This document shows, in pieces, positions 38,621 through 48,790 of a stretch of 64,000 bases of DNA (position 1 is the stretch's first letter; each line of letters starts with the position of its first letter). This stretch comes from Fidelibacterota bacterium. Its GTDB lineage: Bacteria; Fidelibacterota; Marinisomatia; Marinisomatales; Marinisomataceae. The notes under the pieces are model-generated. The model worked only from the letters and a program-made list of their open reading frames with translations. It did not search any database and was not told the DNA's origin. The translations under genes were made by a program, and so were the position numbers. Where the stretch lies: contig OZ243041.1 of assembly GCA_965212055.1 (NCBI GenBank), forward strand, positions 544,001 through 608,000. Reading direction: 5' to 3'.

Positions 38621-39511
38621 TTATACCAAAAGCTTAATCGCTTTTGGAATTACTTCGGTGCTAATTTTACTACTTTTAACTAAATCTCCATCCAAATTAA
38701 ATAGAGATTCTCCCAAAGCATCAATTGTGAATGATTTTGCCTTCTCTATATGCACATATGGTAGCTGAACATGTTTTCCGCTAAACACCTTTGAAAATAA
38801 ATTAATCAATTGAAATCGATTTACATCATTTTTAACAATCAATATATCTATTACTCCGTCGAAAAATCCTCCATTTGGAGCTGCTTTCATGCCTTTCCCA
38901 GTATGCATACTATTGCATCCTACTATAAATGCACATGAAATATCAAATGTGGTGTTATTAATTGTCATTTTTGCATCATAAAATGATCGTTGCAACAACT
39001 TAATTATTGAGGCAACATCATAACGTATTGTCCCCAAAAATCTTAACTTTTCAGCCAGAAGATTCCCGTAAGAAAACATTCCCCATCCTATAATACTAAT
39101 ACTCAATCGTACTCCGTCATCAAAAATAACCTTATTTACATCCATTAATTGAATATTGTCCTCTAAAGCTCTATCTATTGCATCATGATAATCAAGACAA
39201 TCAATATCGTGCATCACTGAATTACCAGATCCGGTGGGAATAATACCAAGGGGAAAATGAGTCAATAAGTCTGCTTGATATAGTCCATTTACCGTCTCAT
39301 TCACTGTTCCATCCCCTCCAAAGACTAATACCCTATCAAATTCATTTGGTTTCAAGGTAGAAACATATTCGGTAGCATGACCAGCATAGCTTGTGGTAAA
39401 TAATTTAGGAGAGAATCCCGCATTTACTATCTTTTTCTCTACTTCATAGTATACTTTAAGTGATTTTTTTAACCCACTGACAGGGTTAACGATACAAAGA
39501 ATAGATTTCAT
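38621..39511 (-). CDS. Diacylglycerol/sphingosine kinase family lipid kinase (DagK/YegS-like)
   Basis: IVNPVSG, GGDGTVNE, IPTGSGN, NLDGD. Confidence 0.88.
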   Translation of the reverse strand: MKSILCIVNPVSGLKKSLKVYYEVEKKIVNAGFSPKLFTTSYAGHATEYVSTLKPNEFDRVLVFGGDGTVNETVNGLYQADLLTHFPLGIIPTGSGNSVMHDIDCLDYHDAIDRALEDNIQLMDVNKVIFDDGVRLSISIIGWGMFSYGNLLAEKLRFLGTIRYDVASIIKLLQRSFYDAKMTINNTTFDISCAFIVGCNSMHTGKGMKAAPNGGFFDGVIDILIVKNDVNRFQLINLFSKVFSGKHVQLPYVHIEKAKSFTIDALGESLFNLDGDLVKSSKISTEVIPKAIKLLV

Positions 39512-39513
39512 AA

Positions 39514-39958
39514 TTATTTATAATATTTATTATCACCAAGATTCAGTACATCAATACGAACCTTAGTTGTTCCTTGATTAACAAATCCTAGTTTTTGTGC
39601 AGCCCTATATGACAAATCTAATATGCGACCTTTTGCAAATGGTCCTCTATCGTTAATAATAACTTTCAGTGATCTTCCATTACTTAGATTGGTTACTCGT
39701 ATTCTTTGTGCCCAGAGGGAAAGTTTTGTGTGCAGCGCTAACCCTATACATATTAAATTTTTGTCCATTTGCTGTTAATTTTTTATGAAATTCTTTTCCA
39801 TAATACGAAGCAATCCCTATCTGAACCTTAGGATGGTTGCGTATTGCTTCAATTTGTTTCCGAGTCATTCCATCTGAATTAACATAATCACCATACGCAA
39901 TACTTGGACCACAGCTTGTCATCATAAGAGAGAATATTAATATTATTCTAAGACGCAT
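39514..39958 (-). CDS. rlpA: Septal ring lytic transglycosylase RlpA family lipoprotein (1-nt frameshift near 39705)
   Basis: Lipobox MTSC, GIASYYG, TANG, AAHKTFPLGT in one frame; IRVTNL, INDRGPF, ILDLSY in the next. Confidence 0.85.
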
Positions 39959-41012
39959 AAGATAGTTTAATATTAATTTGGGGAATTTTAAATGGATCAT
40001 TTACTAACTGAGTTGCCATACCAACTAAGATTGCTCCTTTATCTTGTACAGCTTTTACTTGATTATAGTCCATGATTCCCCCTGTAGCAATTATTGGAAT
40101 TTTAGAATTATTATGCACTAATTCAACTCTCTTTAAAGTGTTTTCAAATAAAGCAATCCCACTTAATCCTCCACCTTCTTCTGAGAACTCATTAGCATTT
40201 AATCCAACCGATTGGGTTGATATATACTTTGTATTTCCTACATTGATAGCACATTTTTCAAAATGAGAGAGTAATTCACATATATTTAGAACTTCTTCAT
40301 CGCTACTATCAGGAGATACCTTGATAATCACTATATTTGAAGAGACAGATCGGATTGCTCTTATTAACGATGACAAATCTTCTAAATTGTCGCTTAAACA
40401 TTTTCCATCTTGTGTATTTGGACAACTTATATTTATCTCATAAAAAACTTTTTTAAAATCCAAAGAATGTACTTTGAGATGGATCTTATTAAAAACATCT
40501 AAATATTCGTCTAAACTATTACCTCCAATACTGATTCCTACAGGACGATTAAAAGACAATATTTGTTTATTATCAAAATTAGAAACAAAATGTTCTAAAC
40601 CTTTTGTTGGCAAACCCAACGAGTTAATTAATCCATAGTGTGAATTATATTGAATTTCCTGTATTCTAGGTCTTTTATTGCCCTCTGATGGAGCTTTTAG
40701 CACTGTTTTATATGTAATACCGCCTAAGCCTAATAATTGCCATTGAAATAATGCATCTATATCATCTTTAAAGGAAGCCGCAATTATTGGTGAAGGAAAC
40801 TCTAAATCAAATAATGATGCACTAATATTTTTAGGAATAGAGAATTTAAAAAGATTGCGTAGCGGAGAATGCATTAAACCACTATTTAATCTATCCCCAA
40901 TAATGATAGCTTGTTCTAAATCTCTAGGTCTTCGAGCACATAGATTAATTATTGTTCTTCTTATAAAACGATAATCTATTGATAATATCTTTGCTCTTGT
41001 ATTACTCAACAT
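39948..41012 (-). CDS. pyrD: Dihydroorotate dehydrogenase
   Basis: GNKRPRI, INSLGL, EINISCPNT, IKVSPD, GGLSG, IIATGGI. Confidence 0.85.
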   Translation of the reverse strand: MLSNTRAKILSIDYRFIRRTIINLCARRPRDLEQAIIIGDRLNSGLMHSPLRNLFKFSIPKNISASLFDLEFPSPIIAASFKDDIDALFQWQLLGLGGITYKTVLKAPSEGNKRPRIQEIQYNSHYGLINSLGLPTKGLEHFVSNFDNKQILSFNRPVGISIGGNSLDEYLDVFNKIHLKVHSLDFKKVFYEINISCPNTQDGKCLSDNLEDLSSLIRAIRSVSSNIVIIKVSPDSSDEEVLNICELLSHFEKCAINVGNTKYISTQSVGLNANEFSEEGGGLSGIALFENTLKRVELVHNNSKIPIIATGGIMDYNQVKAVQDKGAILVGMATQLVNDPFKIPQINIKLSYAS

Positions 41013-42624
41013 TAAGTGCTTCCAATCTTTTCTGAGCAATGATTCCTTGATCTGAAGATGGATGTTTTTCTTTAATCCATTGATAATACACGATAGCACT
41101 ATCTTTCTGGGACAACTCATAGTCATAATAATATGCTAGAAAATATGCTGCAATATTTGAAGATGATGTTGATGAATCTTTGTCTAGAATCTGTCTATAA
41201 ACACTTAAAGATTTCTTTTGATCGGTAGCCCAAAGTGACTCAGCAGTTAAGAGAAGCTTTGAAGGTTCATGCTCCAGGTTTAATTGTTCATTTTCTATAA
41301 TCATTTTTGCATAATCTGATTGTGGATATTGTTCTAAAATTATTTGTTTATATTGATCACCCTCTAAGGCATTTTTTTTGTTATATATGGAATAAGCAGC
41401 AAATAAAGACTGTGTATAAAAATTTGATTCTGCATGATTATTAATAATTTTTTCAAAATAATCTAATGCTTCATAAGTGCTACCAATATCAAATGCTAAA
41501 ATTTCTGCAATTCCGTATAAAATTGATGGATTATCAGAAATATCTCCTTCTGAATCCTTGATAAGTGTAATAATCTTATTCACCGAATCTCGTTTATTAG
41601 AAATAATAATTTTATAGGGAGAATTAAAATTTTGCTTCATTCCTTGATCCATAAAAAAGTTTGCACGTTCAAAATCAATATTTGGGTTTTTAAGAAAGAT
41701 ATTCCCAAGCAAATAGTATGCTTCTACCGAAACTTCAGTATTTTGATTATCTTGGGCTACTTGATCCAAGCTTTGTATAGCAAAATCTAGGTTGTTTTTG
41801 TCTAATTCAATCTTTGCTAATTCTAGGCTTAATTTTCCTTTAATTGAGTTAAAATTTTCATCTAAGAGCAGTTGTTCTATTCGTTTCTTAGCTTCATCAA
41901 GATCTCCTAATAAACGATACGTTTGAATAATTTTTAGATTCGATTCTCGAATCCTTGAAACCGATATGGTATTACTAAGAACATTTTTGTAGTTATCAGA
42001 TGCTTGTTGATACAATTCATTTCCATAGGATAATTCTGCTATCTGGAAATAGATTTGTTCTCTGGTTAAACGACTACTAGCAGTCTCTGCTCCACGATCC
42101 AAAAATTGAAATGCAGAATCTGGTCGATCAATTTCAAGATAAATTTCACCTAACGCTAAGTATATACGAGACTCTAAGTCCACCAATTCAGTTTCGTCCA
42201 GCAAATCTTTCAAATCATTAATAGCTGGTTGAGGTCTAAAATCTTTCCATTTACATAATGCCAACCAATATTTTGTTTCATTTTGAAAAAAAGATTCTTC
42301 CGAATCCTTTAATTGATTAAACACTTCTTTTGCACTATCATATTCATTCTTAAAAAAATGAGATCTCCCCTTTAGGAGCAATGCATCTTGTATATACTTA
42401 CTATCACCATATTCTGTAAGTACTTTCTCAGATTTTTCAATTGCGCTTTGATATTCCTGAATAGCTTTTGAGGGTAATTTATTTCCAAAATTTTCCATCC
42501 GTATTTTTTCTGCTATCTGATAGTGTTCTTGCGCATTGTAAAAAGTATTGAAATAGGCACAGGCCTGGAGAAAAACCAAAAGACATAAGGATTTAATTAT
42601 TTTTGAATTAAATTCAGATATCAT
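41002..42624 (-). CDS. TPR lipoprotein, PorW/SprE-like N-terminus
   Basis: Lipobox LQAC followed by AYFNTFYNA; SKYIQDALLLKGRSHF; many TPRs. Confidence 0.7.
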   Translation of the reverse strand: MISEFNSKIIKSLCLLVFLQACAYFNTFYNAQEHYQIAEKIRMENFGNKLPSKAIQEYQSAIEKSEKVLTEYGDSKYIQDALLLKGRSHFFKNEYDSAKEVFNQLKDSEESFFQNETKYWLALCKWKDFRPQPAINDLKDLLDETELVDLESRIYLALGEIYLEIDRPDSAFQFLDRGAETASSRLTREQIYFQIAELSYGNELYQQASDNYKNVLSNTISVSRIRESNLKIIQTYRLLGDLDEAKKRIEQLLLDENFNSIKGKLSLELAKIELDKNNLDFAIQSLDQVAQDNQNTEVSVEAYYLLGNIFLKNPNIDFERANFFMDQGMKQNFNSPYKIIISNKRDSVNKIITLIKDSEGDISDNPSILYGIAEILAFDIGSTYEALDYFEKIINNHAESNFYTQSLFAAYSIYNKKNALEGDQYKQIILEQYPQSDYAKMIIENEQLNLEHEPSKLLLTAESLWATDQKKSLSVYRQILDKDSSTSSSNIAAYFLAYYYDYELSQKDSAIVYYQWIKEKHPSSDQGIIAQKRLEALNVE

Positions 42625-42638
42625 AAACAGAAGTTACA

Positions 42639-42932
42639 ATGAAGCTTGAAAAATTACAGACAATAATTTCGAAAAAAATATCAGAAACTATCTCCGTAGA
42701 TTTTATCAAAATATTTGATTACACCGCGCAACATGAAAATCATGCAACCTTTGAAGGAAATTTCCACTTAAGTATGACATTAGTAAGTCCTGATTTTGAA
42801 GGAATGAGTCTTATTGAACGCCATCAACTTGTATATAGAGTTGTTGATGAATATATGCACGATGAAATTCATGCGTTAACCATGAAAACCCACACCCCTG
42901 AAGAATATAAAAAAATTACTGAGCGTAATTAG
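42639..42932 (+). CDS. bolA: BolA family protein
   Basis: HFxxxxVSxxFEGMSLIERHQLVY-type motif; IHALTMKT. Confidence 0.9.
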   Translation: MKLEKLQTIISKKISETISVDFIKIFDYTAQHENHATFEGNFHLSMTLVSPDFEGMSLIERHQLVYRVVDEYMHDEIHALTMKTHTPEEYKKITERN

Positions 42933-43479
42933 GTGTAGGAGCAATTCCTAAATTAATCTCTAATAAATCGCTTTCAATGGTTCCAATAGGGGTTTCTACA
43001 ATACGACCTATTTCTTCGTTGTTTTTAGTCACAATCACGGTTGGAACATAACGAATATCTTTTCCTACATGTTCATCACCAGGACTAATTTTATCCCTAT
43101 CTACACAGACATATTGTACATTTTCTGGTGCAATATCTAGTGTTTGAAATATTTTAGCAATTTTTGGTACTTCTCGTCTACTATCAGCACACCAAGTACC
43201 AAGAAATACTTCATATGTATATCCATTCGGATCATCAATAGCACTAGTTAATTGAAAGTCTACATCATACCCTTGAAAACCAGATGCATACCATTCTTCA
43301 AATGGCTCTTTTTTTAGATCATCTAAAACAATACTTCCTACTATCATTGGCTGTCCTGTATTAGGATCTTCTACCGTCCCATCAGGAAGATTATCAGAAC
43401 AGGAAACTGATAAACACAATATAGCTCCTAAAATAATAAGCTCGATAATCCTTTTTATGATAGTGTAGGATTGTCTCAT
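42916..43479 (-). CDS. Thioredoxin-fold lipoprotein (WCxDS type)
   Basis: Lipobox SVSC; FLGTWCADSRREVP; VPTVIV; EIGRIVE. Confidence 0.8.
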   Translation of the reverse strand: MRQSYTIIKRIIELIILGAILCLSVSCSDNLPDGTVEDPNTGQPMIVGSIVLDDLKKEPFEEWYASGFQGYDVDFQLTSAIDDPNGYTYEVFLGTWCADSRREVPKIAKIFQTLDIAPENVQYVCVDRDKISPGDEHVGKDIRYVPTVIVTKNNEEIGRIVETPIGTIESDLLEINLGIAPTPNYAQ

Positions 43480-44372
43480 TTTGTGTAATACATATAGATT
43501 AGACCGGTTCCTAAAATGGTTGAACATAAAGCAATAATAGAACCTTCAATCCCAAATGCTCCTCCTGAAATAATATCAGGAACTTGTCCTGAATTTTCAT
43601 GTACAATTGCTTTCCAAGTATCTACTCCCATTCCACTGATTTCAAATCCAAACAAGCCTTGGAAGAAATTCCATCCAAAGTGAAAGAAGGTTGGAAACCA
43701 TAGGTTTTTTGTAAAGGTATAACTAATGCCTAAGATAAACCCTGCGGCAAACAATTCTGTCATTGGAACAAAAGTGCTCCATACATTAGGGTTTCCGGCA
43801 TGCATTAAAGCAAACACTAAAGAAGAAATTCCTAGTGCCCACCATCGATTCATTGAATCCATCAAATTATTTAATACATAACCACGAAATACGATTTCTT
43901 CATCAAACGCAGCAACAAACAACATTAAACTCACCATAATCTGACTACTTAATAGAACCGGCTTTTCGCCAACTACTATAATAGCATCAAAACACCATAA
44001 AATGAGGAAAATACCGCCTATAAACAATAAAGCAGCTCCCAGTCCAGCTAACATCTCTTTTCCGCGACCTTTTACGGATAATCCAATATTGGTTAATGGT
44101 TCTTTATTAAATATGGCCATCATAAACCAAATGGCTAGAAAACTAGCAAATATTTGCAGCACAGCCATACCAAGCATTATTGGTGATGCAAATCCCATGC
44201 TTTCCATCCCCATAGCCCATTCTCCTATAGCCGCTTCATTCTGCATATCAACACCAGATAGTACCATCATTAATACACTTCCCCCTCCGACTACTACCAT
44301 CATTGTTAAAAACCAAATCGGCATAAAGATTAATGTTCTAAGCCATCCTTGTTTAATTGTTGGTTCTGACAT
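43476..44372 (-). CDS. CPBP (CAAX/Abi) family intramembrane metalloprotease
   Basis: EEIVFRGY, FALMH, HFGWNFFQG, GGAFGIEGS. Confidence 0.9.
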   Translation of the reverse strand: MSEPTIKQGWLRTLIFMPIWFLTMMVVVGGGSVLMMVLSGVDMQNEAAIGEWAMGMESMGFASPIMLGMAVLQIFASFLAIWFMMAIFNKEPLTNIGLSVKGRGKEMLAGLGAALLFIGGIFLILWCFDAIIVVGEKPVLLSSQIMVSLMLFVAAFDEEIVFRGYVLNNLMDSMNRWWALGISSLVFALMHAGNPNVWSTFVPMTELFAAGFILGISYTFTKNLWFPTFFHFGWNFFQGLFGFEISGMGVDTWKAIVHENSGQVPDIISGGAFGIEGSIIALCSTILGTGLIYMYYTK

Positions 44373-44412
44373 AATTATGTTTCCCTTCTTTTAATTAAAA
44401 TTCTTTTTATTA

Positions 44413-44910
44413 TTAATCTAACACTATACCAAATGTGGCATGATTGTCATCGTAATATGCTGTCAACAATAACGTGTCTCCCTCCATTGACTTTACTGGG
44501 GCAATCATATTACTTATTTCTCCATCACTATTGCTATAACTTACCGCATTGCTTGTTGGAACTTCCATACCATTAAATCCTGTAATATATCGTATCATAA
44601 GATACATAAACAAATCCTGATAATGCTCTTTTGATTAAATCGTATCCCCAAGATACCAATATAAATTGCTCTCCCAAGTGACTCTTTGATAGAATACTGG
44701 ACCAGATTCATCAGTAACAACCCCATCAACCCGATGGATTGTTTGCCACGAATTTGCATCTTTTTCGAGTGTTAAATGATAATACCCATTACTATCTACT
44801 GGCAAACGCATATCAAATGCAATGGATATGTCTTGAAAATGTGCATCCTCTAAAACAAAGGCTGTTAAAGCAATGGATGTAAAGATACCAATATAAATTG
44901 CTCTCACCAA
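44413..44910 (-). CDS. Hypothetical protein, split or garbled in this assembly
   Basis: Two ORF fragments (RLPVDSNGYYHLTL...WESNLYWYLGDT; YITGFNGMEVPTSN...GIVLD) that read as one gene. Confidence 0.5.
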
Positions 44911-45150
44911 TAAAAGTGACTCTTTGTTTTATTTTTGTAATAATACATAGTTTTGGACATCAGATTCATAATCAGTACCCTTGTTGTTTTACTAACCCCA
45001 TCCAGTAAAAACAAACCGATGAAATTGTTTGTTCCAGAATCTTTGTTTCTTCCTACGGAATTTGCATCTTTGTGTGAGTGTTATAATGAATAATATCCCA
45101 TTACTATCTACTGGCAACTTTACGCATATCTTGAAAACATCAATGGATTT
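44655..45150. repeat. Degenerate direct duplication (about 44655-44830 versus 44885-45150)
   Basis: Shared blocks in the same order: gataccaatataaattgctctc, aagtgactctttg, cagattcat, gaatttgcatctt, cccattactatctactggcaa, cgcatatc. Confidence 0.8.
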
Positions 45151-45354
45151 ACCATTCTTGAATATCTCAATTCTCCACTATCATACCAAGAATCTTACCT
45201 TCCGCACCGTATTGATCGAATTAATAACATCAGAATATCCTCAACACCACACTTATAATGTATTAATCAACAAATCCTGGCTTTTTTGCTACCACTTTTC
45301 AATAGCTAATGATGACTTAATATCCTTTTTCTTTATCTTGTAATGATGAATATT

Positions 45355-45410
45355 TTTTTCATTGCGGAGAGAGAGGGATTCGAACCCTCGATACAGTTGC
45401 CCGTATAACA
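45355..45410 (-). repeat. 56-bp direct repeat of the tRNA-Ser 3' half (att-like)
   Basis: 45355-45410 identical to 45444-45499. Confidence 0.9.
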
Positions 45411-45453
45411 AAAGTTGTGGATATAATGATTAGTAATATGAGATTTTTCATTG

Positions 45454-45540
45454 CGGAGAGAGAGGGATTCGAACCCTCGATACAGTTGCCCGTATAACAC
45501 CTTAGCAGGGTGCCGCTTTCAACCACTCAGCCACCTCTCC
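45454..45540 (-). tRNA. tRNA-Ser (GCT), CCA not encoded
   Basis: Reverse complement GGAGAGGTGGCTGAGTGGTTGAAAGCG-GCACC-CTGCTAA-GGTGT-long variable arm-GAGGGTTCGAATCCCTCTCTCTCCG. Confidence 0.95.
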
Positions 45541-45553
45541 AAATTTGGATAAT

Positions 45554-46536
45554 TTATAAACTACTGGATAAAAAAGATACTAGTCTATCTTTTAAATTGT
45601 CAAGCCCAGATTTGCTTACAGATGATATATCAATATATTCTTCAGAAAATCCATTCCATTGATCTAATGTTTCTGGGTTTTGTATAGTATCTAATTTGGT
45701 ACGCACTACTAAGGTTGGTTTAATCCATAAGTGTGTCATTAAATGTCTCTAATTCTTTTTTGAGCTTATTAAAAGTGTCTTGAGGATTGTCATCCAAGAA
45801 TATCAATTAAAAACAATAAAATTTTATTGCGTTCAATATGTTTTAAGAACTGATGTCCAAGCCCTTTTCCTTGGCTTGCTCCCTCTATAAGTCCCGGAAT
45901 ATCTGCCATGACAAAGGATTGATATTCTCCATACTTTACAATCCCTAGATGGGGCTGTAAGGTCGTAAACGGATAATCAGCTATTTTTGGTTTTGCGGTA
46001 GTCATTACAGAAAGCAAGGTCGATTTCCCTGCATTCGGTAATCCTACTAGCCCTACATCCGCTAATACTTTTAATTCTAGCTCTACTGTGAGATGATTCC
46101 CTGACATTCCTTTTTGTGAAAAACGCGGTGTTTGTTGAGTGGAAGATTTAAAGTGATGATTTCCTTTACCACCAATTCCTCCTTCACATACAATATGGGT
46201 TTGATTTTCTTCCACCATATCTAGAATCACTTTGCTTGATTTTGCATTTTTAACCACAGTACCACATGGAATTTCTATTACTAAATTTTCGCCTGATTTT
46301 CCGGTTCTTTTATTGGGACCACCAGATCCGCCGTTTTTTGCTTTATATAGACGACGATATCGAATATCTTGTAAGGTATGTAGGTTAGGATTGGTTGAAA
46401 AGACAATATCACCGCCTTTGCCACCATCTCCTCCGCTAGGACCGCCTTTATCTATGTACTTTTCTCTATGAAAAGATACAATACCAGTTCCACCGTTGCC
46501 TGCTTGCAACTCAATCTTTGCGTAGTCGATAAACAT
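45554..46536 (-). CDS. obgE: GTPase ObgE/CgtA (frameshifted near 45740-45800, probably sequencing error)
   Basis: MFIDYAKI, Gly-rich Obg fold, [34 protein letters not shown]-terminal TKLD in the downstream fragment. Confidence 0.92.
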
Positions 46537-46545
46537 GATAGGAAG

Positions 46546-47808
46546 TTAAAAATTGTTAATGATTTCGTCGCCAAATTCTGAACATTTCAATAATGTGGCT
46601 CCGTCAAGTAGTCGATGAAAATCATAGGTTACACGTTTTGAAGAAATTGTTTTTTCTAACCCATTGGTAATCAAGTCAGAAGCTTCATTCCATCCCATAT
46701 ATTCTAACATCAATGCTCCAGATAATATTACTGAAGATGGATTGACTTTATCCAATCCAGCATATTTTGGCGCGGTACCATGGGTTGCTTCAAAAATAGC
46801 GTGGCCTGTATCAAAATTAATATTCGCACCAGGAGCAATACCAATGCCTCCCACAGATGCGGCGGCTGCGTCAGAAATATAGTCACCATTTAGGTTCATA
46901 GTAGCAATTACATCATATTCGGCTGGTCGTAGTAAAATTTGCTGTAAAAATGCATCTGTAATCACATCTTTTACTAATAATTTTCCATTATTAATCGCGT
47001 CAGATTGTGCTTTATCTGCTGCCTCTTTGCCATCAGATTCTTCAATTTTATCATACTGATTCCAAGTAAACACTTGGTCAGCAAAATGGGTTTCAGCATA
47101 TTCGTATCCCCATTTCTTAAAATACCCTTCAGTAAACTTCATAATATTACCTTTATGCACCAAGGTAAGTGTTTTACGATTGTTCTTTAATGCATACTGA
47201 ATCGCAGAGTGAACCAGACGATTGGTTCCTTCTTGTGAAATAGGCTTAATCCCAATTGAACTGGAATCAGGAAATCGTATTTTCCCTTCCATCCCTAGTT
47301 CGTTGATTAATTCAATAATTTTTTGTGATTCTTCCGTTCCATTTTCCCATTCTATCCCGGCATAAATATCTTCGGTATTTTCTCGAAAAATTGTCATGTT
47401 TACTTTGCTAGGATCTGATAAAGGAGAAGGAGTCCCTTTATACCATTGGATTGGCCTTACACAAGCAAAGAGATCTAACTCTTTTCTTAATGTTACATTT
47501 AATGATCGGATACCACCACCAATTGGCGTCGTAAGCGGTCCTTTAATAGCAATAAGATGTTCTCTAATCATATCAAGAGTATCATTAGGCAACCACTCCC
47601 CATTTCTTTCAAATGACTTTTCGCCCGCAAATACTTCAAACCATTCAATCTTTTTGGAAGAATTGTATGCTTTATGAACTGCTGCATCGATTACTTTCTC
47701 AGTAGCATTCCAAATGTCAGGTCCGATACCATCTCCCTCTATAAATGGAATGATTGGATTATCAGAAACAACTAATTTGCCATCAGTAAATTTAATTTTT
47801 TCAGCCAT
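46546..47808 (-). CDS. icd: Isocitrate dehydrogenase (NADP-dependent, E. coli/B. subtilis type)
   Basis: [68 protein letters not shown]. Confidence 0.95.
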   Translation of the reverse strand: MAEKIKFTDGKLVVSDNPIIPFIEGDGIGPDIWNATEKVIDAAVHKAYNSSKKIEWFEVFAGEKSFERNGEWLPNDTLDMIREHLIAIKGPLTTPIGGGIRSLNVTLRKELDLFACVRPIQWYKGTPSPLSDPSKVNMTIFRENTEDIYAGIEWENGTEESQKIIELINELGMEGKIRFPDSSSIGIKPISQEGTNRLVHSAIQYALKNNRKTLTLVHKGNIMKFTEGYFKKWGYEYAETHFADQVFTWNQYDKIEESDGKEAADKAQSDAINNGKLLVKDVITDAFLQQILLRPAEYDVIATMNLNGDYISDAAAASVGGIGIAPGANINFDTGHAIFEATHGTAPKYAGLDKVNPSSVILSGALMLEYMGWNEASDLITNGLEKTISSKRVTYDFHRLLDGATLLKCSEFGDEIINNF

Positions 47809-48287
47809 TACTTTAATTTATCTTTTAGTTTATCTTCAATATTTTTTGGAACAAATTTTTTCAAATCTGCACCATGCCTGGCTAGATCTTTAATAATTGT
47901 TGAATTTAAATGAAGGAATTTCTCATTAGGTATCATCAGTAATGTAGAAATCGATGGATTGATTCCATAATTCACATTTGCCATCTGGAATTCGAATTCA
48001 AAGTCACTTACATGTCTCAGCCCTCGAATAATTGCTACAGCACCACAATCTCTTGCAAAATTCACCACCAAATTTTTTGGATTAGAATGAACATAAATAT
48101 TGCTGATATCATCCAAACATTCTTCAATCATTGAGACCCGTTCATCATGGGTAAACAATGGACTCTTTTCAAGATTATCAGAGATACAAATATGTACTTC
48201 ATCAAATAATTTAGAAGCCCTTTTTGCTATGTCTATATGACCATAGTGAATCGGATCAAACGTCCCTGGATATATAATTTTTTTCAT
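47808..48287 (-). CDS. coaD: Phosphopantetheine adenylyltransferase
   Basis: [24 protein letters not shown]. Confidence 0.95.
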   Translation of the reverse strand: MKKIIYPGTFDPIHYGHIDIAKRASKLFDEVHICISDNLEKSPLFTHDERVSMIEECLDDISNIYVHSNPKNLVVNFARDCGAVAIIRGLRHVSDFEFEFQMANVNYGINPSISTLLMIPNEKFLHLNSTIIKDLARHGADLKKFVPKNIEDKLKDKLK

Positions 48288-48790
48288 ACCTGCCAGTAAA
48301 GTAAGTTTGTGCCCCCAAATTTACTAATTTTATTATATCCTGCAATAGATTCCTTCTTGCTACATTCTAAGATAAAAACCCCTCCTGGATTTAGTCTATC
48401 AAGACATAATTCTATCAATTCATTAATACTAGAAAAATGATACGGTGGATCTGCAAAAATGATATCATATTGTACAGATTTCTTTAAAAATCTATGGACA
48501 TCTCTTCCTAAAAAGCTAAAATGGTCATATGGAATCGTTTTGGCATTAGTAATTATTTGATTCATATATTTTTTATTTAATTCAACAAATGTGACAGATT
48601 CAGCTCCTCTGCTCGAAGCTTCAAACCCAATCATGCCTGATCCTGAATATAAATCTAAAAAATGTTTACCCTCTAAAGACTTGAGGACATCAAACATGCT
48701 CTTTCTTGCAATAGATGTTGTTGGACGATATTCAAACTTCTGATTTGATTGAATAGCATGGTTCTTAAATTGGCCTGCTAATATTTTCAT
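48284..48790 (-). CDS. rsmD: 16S rRNA (guanine966-N2)-methyltransferase
   Basis: RPTT, LDLYSGSG, EASSRGA, FADPPY; adjacent to coaD. Confidence 0.9.
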   Translation of the reverse strand: MKILAGQFKNHAIQSNQKFEYRPTTSIARKSMFDVLKSLEGKHFLDLYSGSGMIGFEASSRGAESVTFVELNKKYMNQIITNAKTIPYDHFSFLGRDVHRFLKKSVQYDIIFADPPYHFSSINELIELCLDRLNPGGVFILECSKKESIAGYNKISKFGGTNLLYWQV

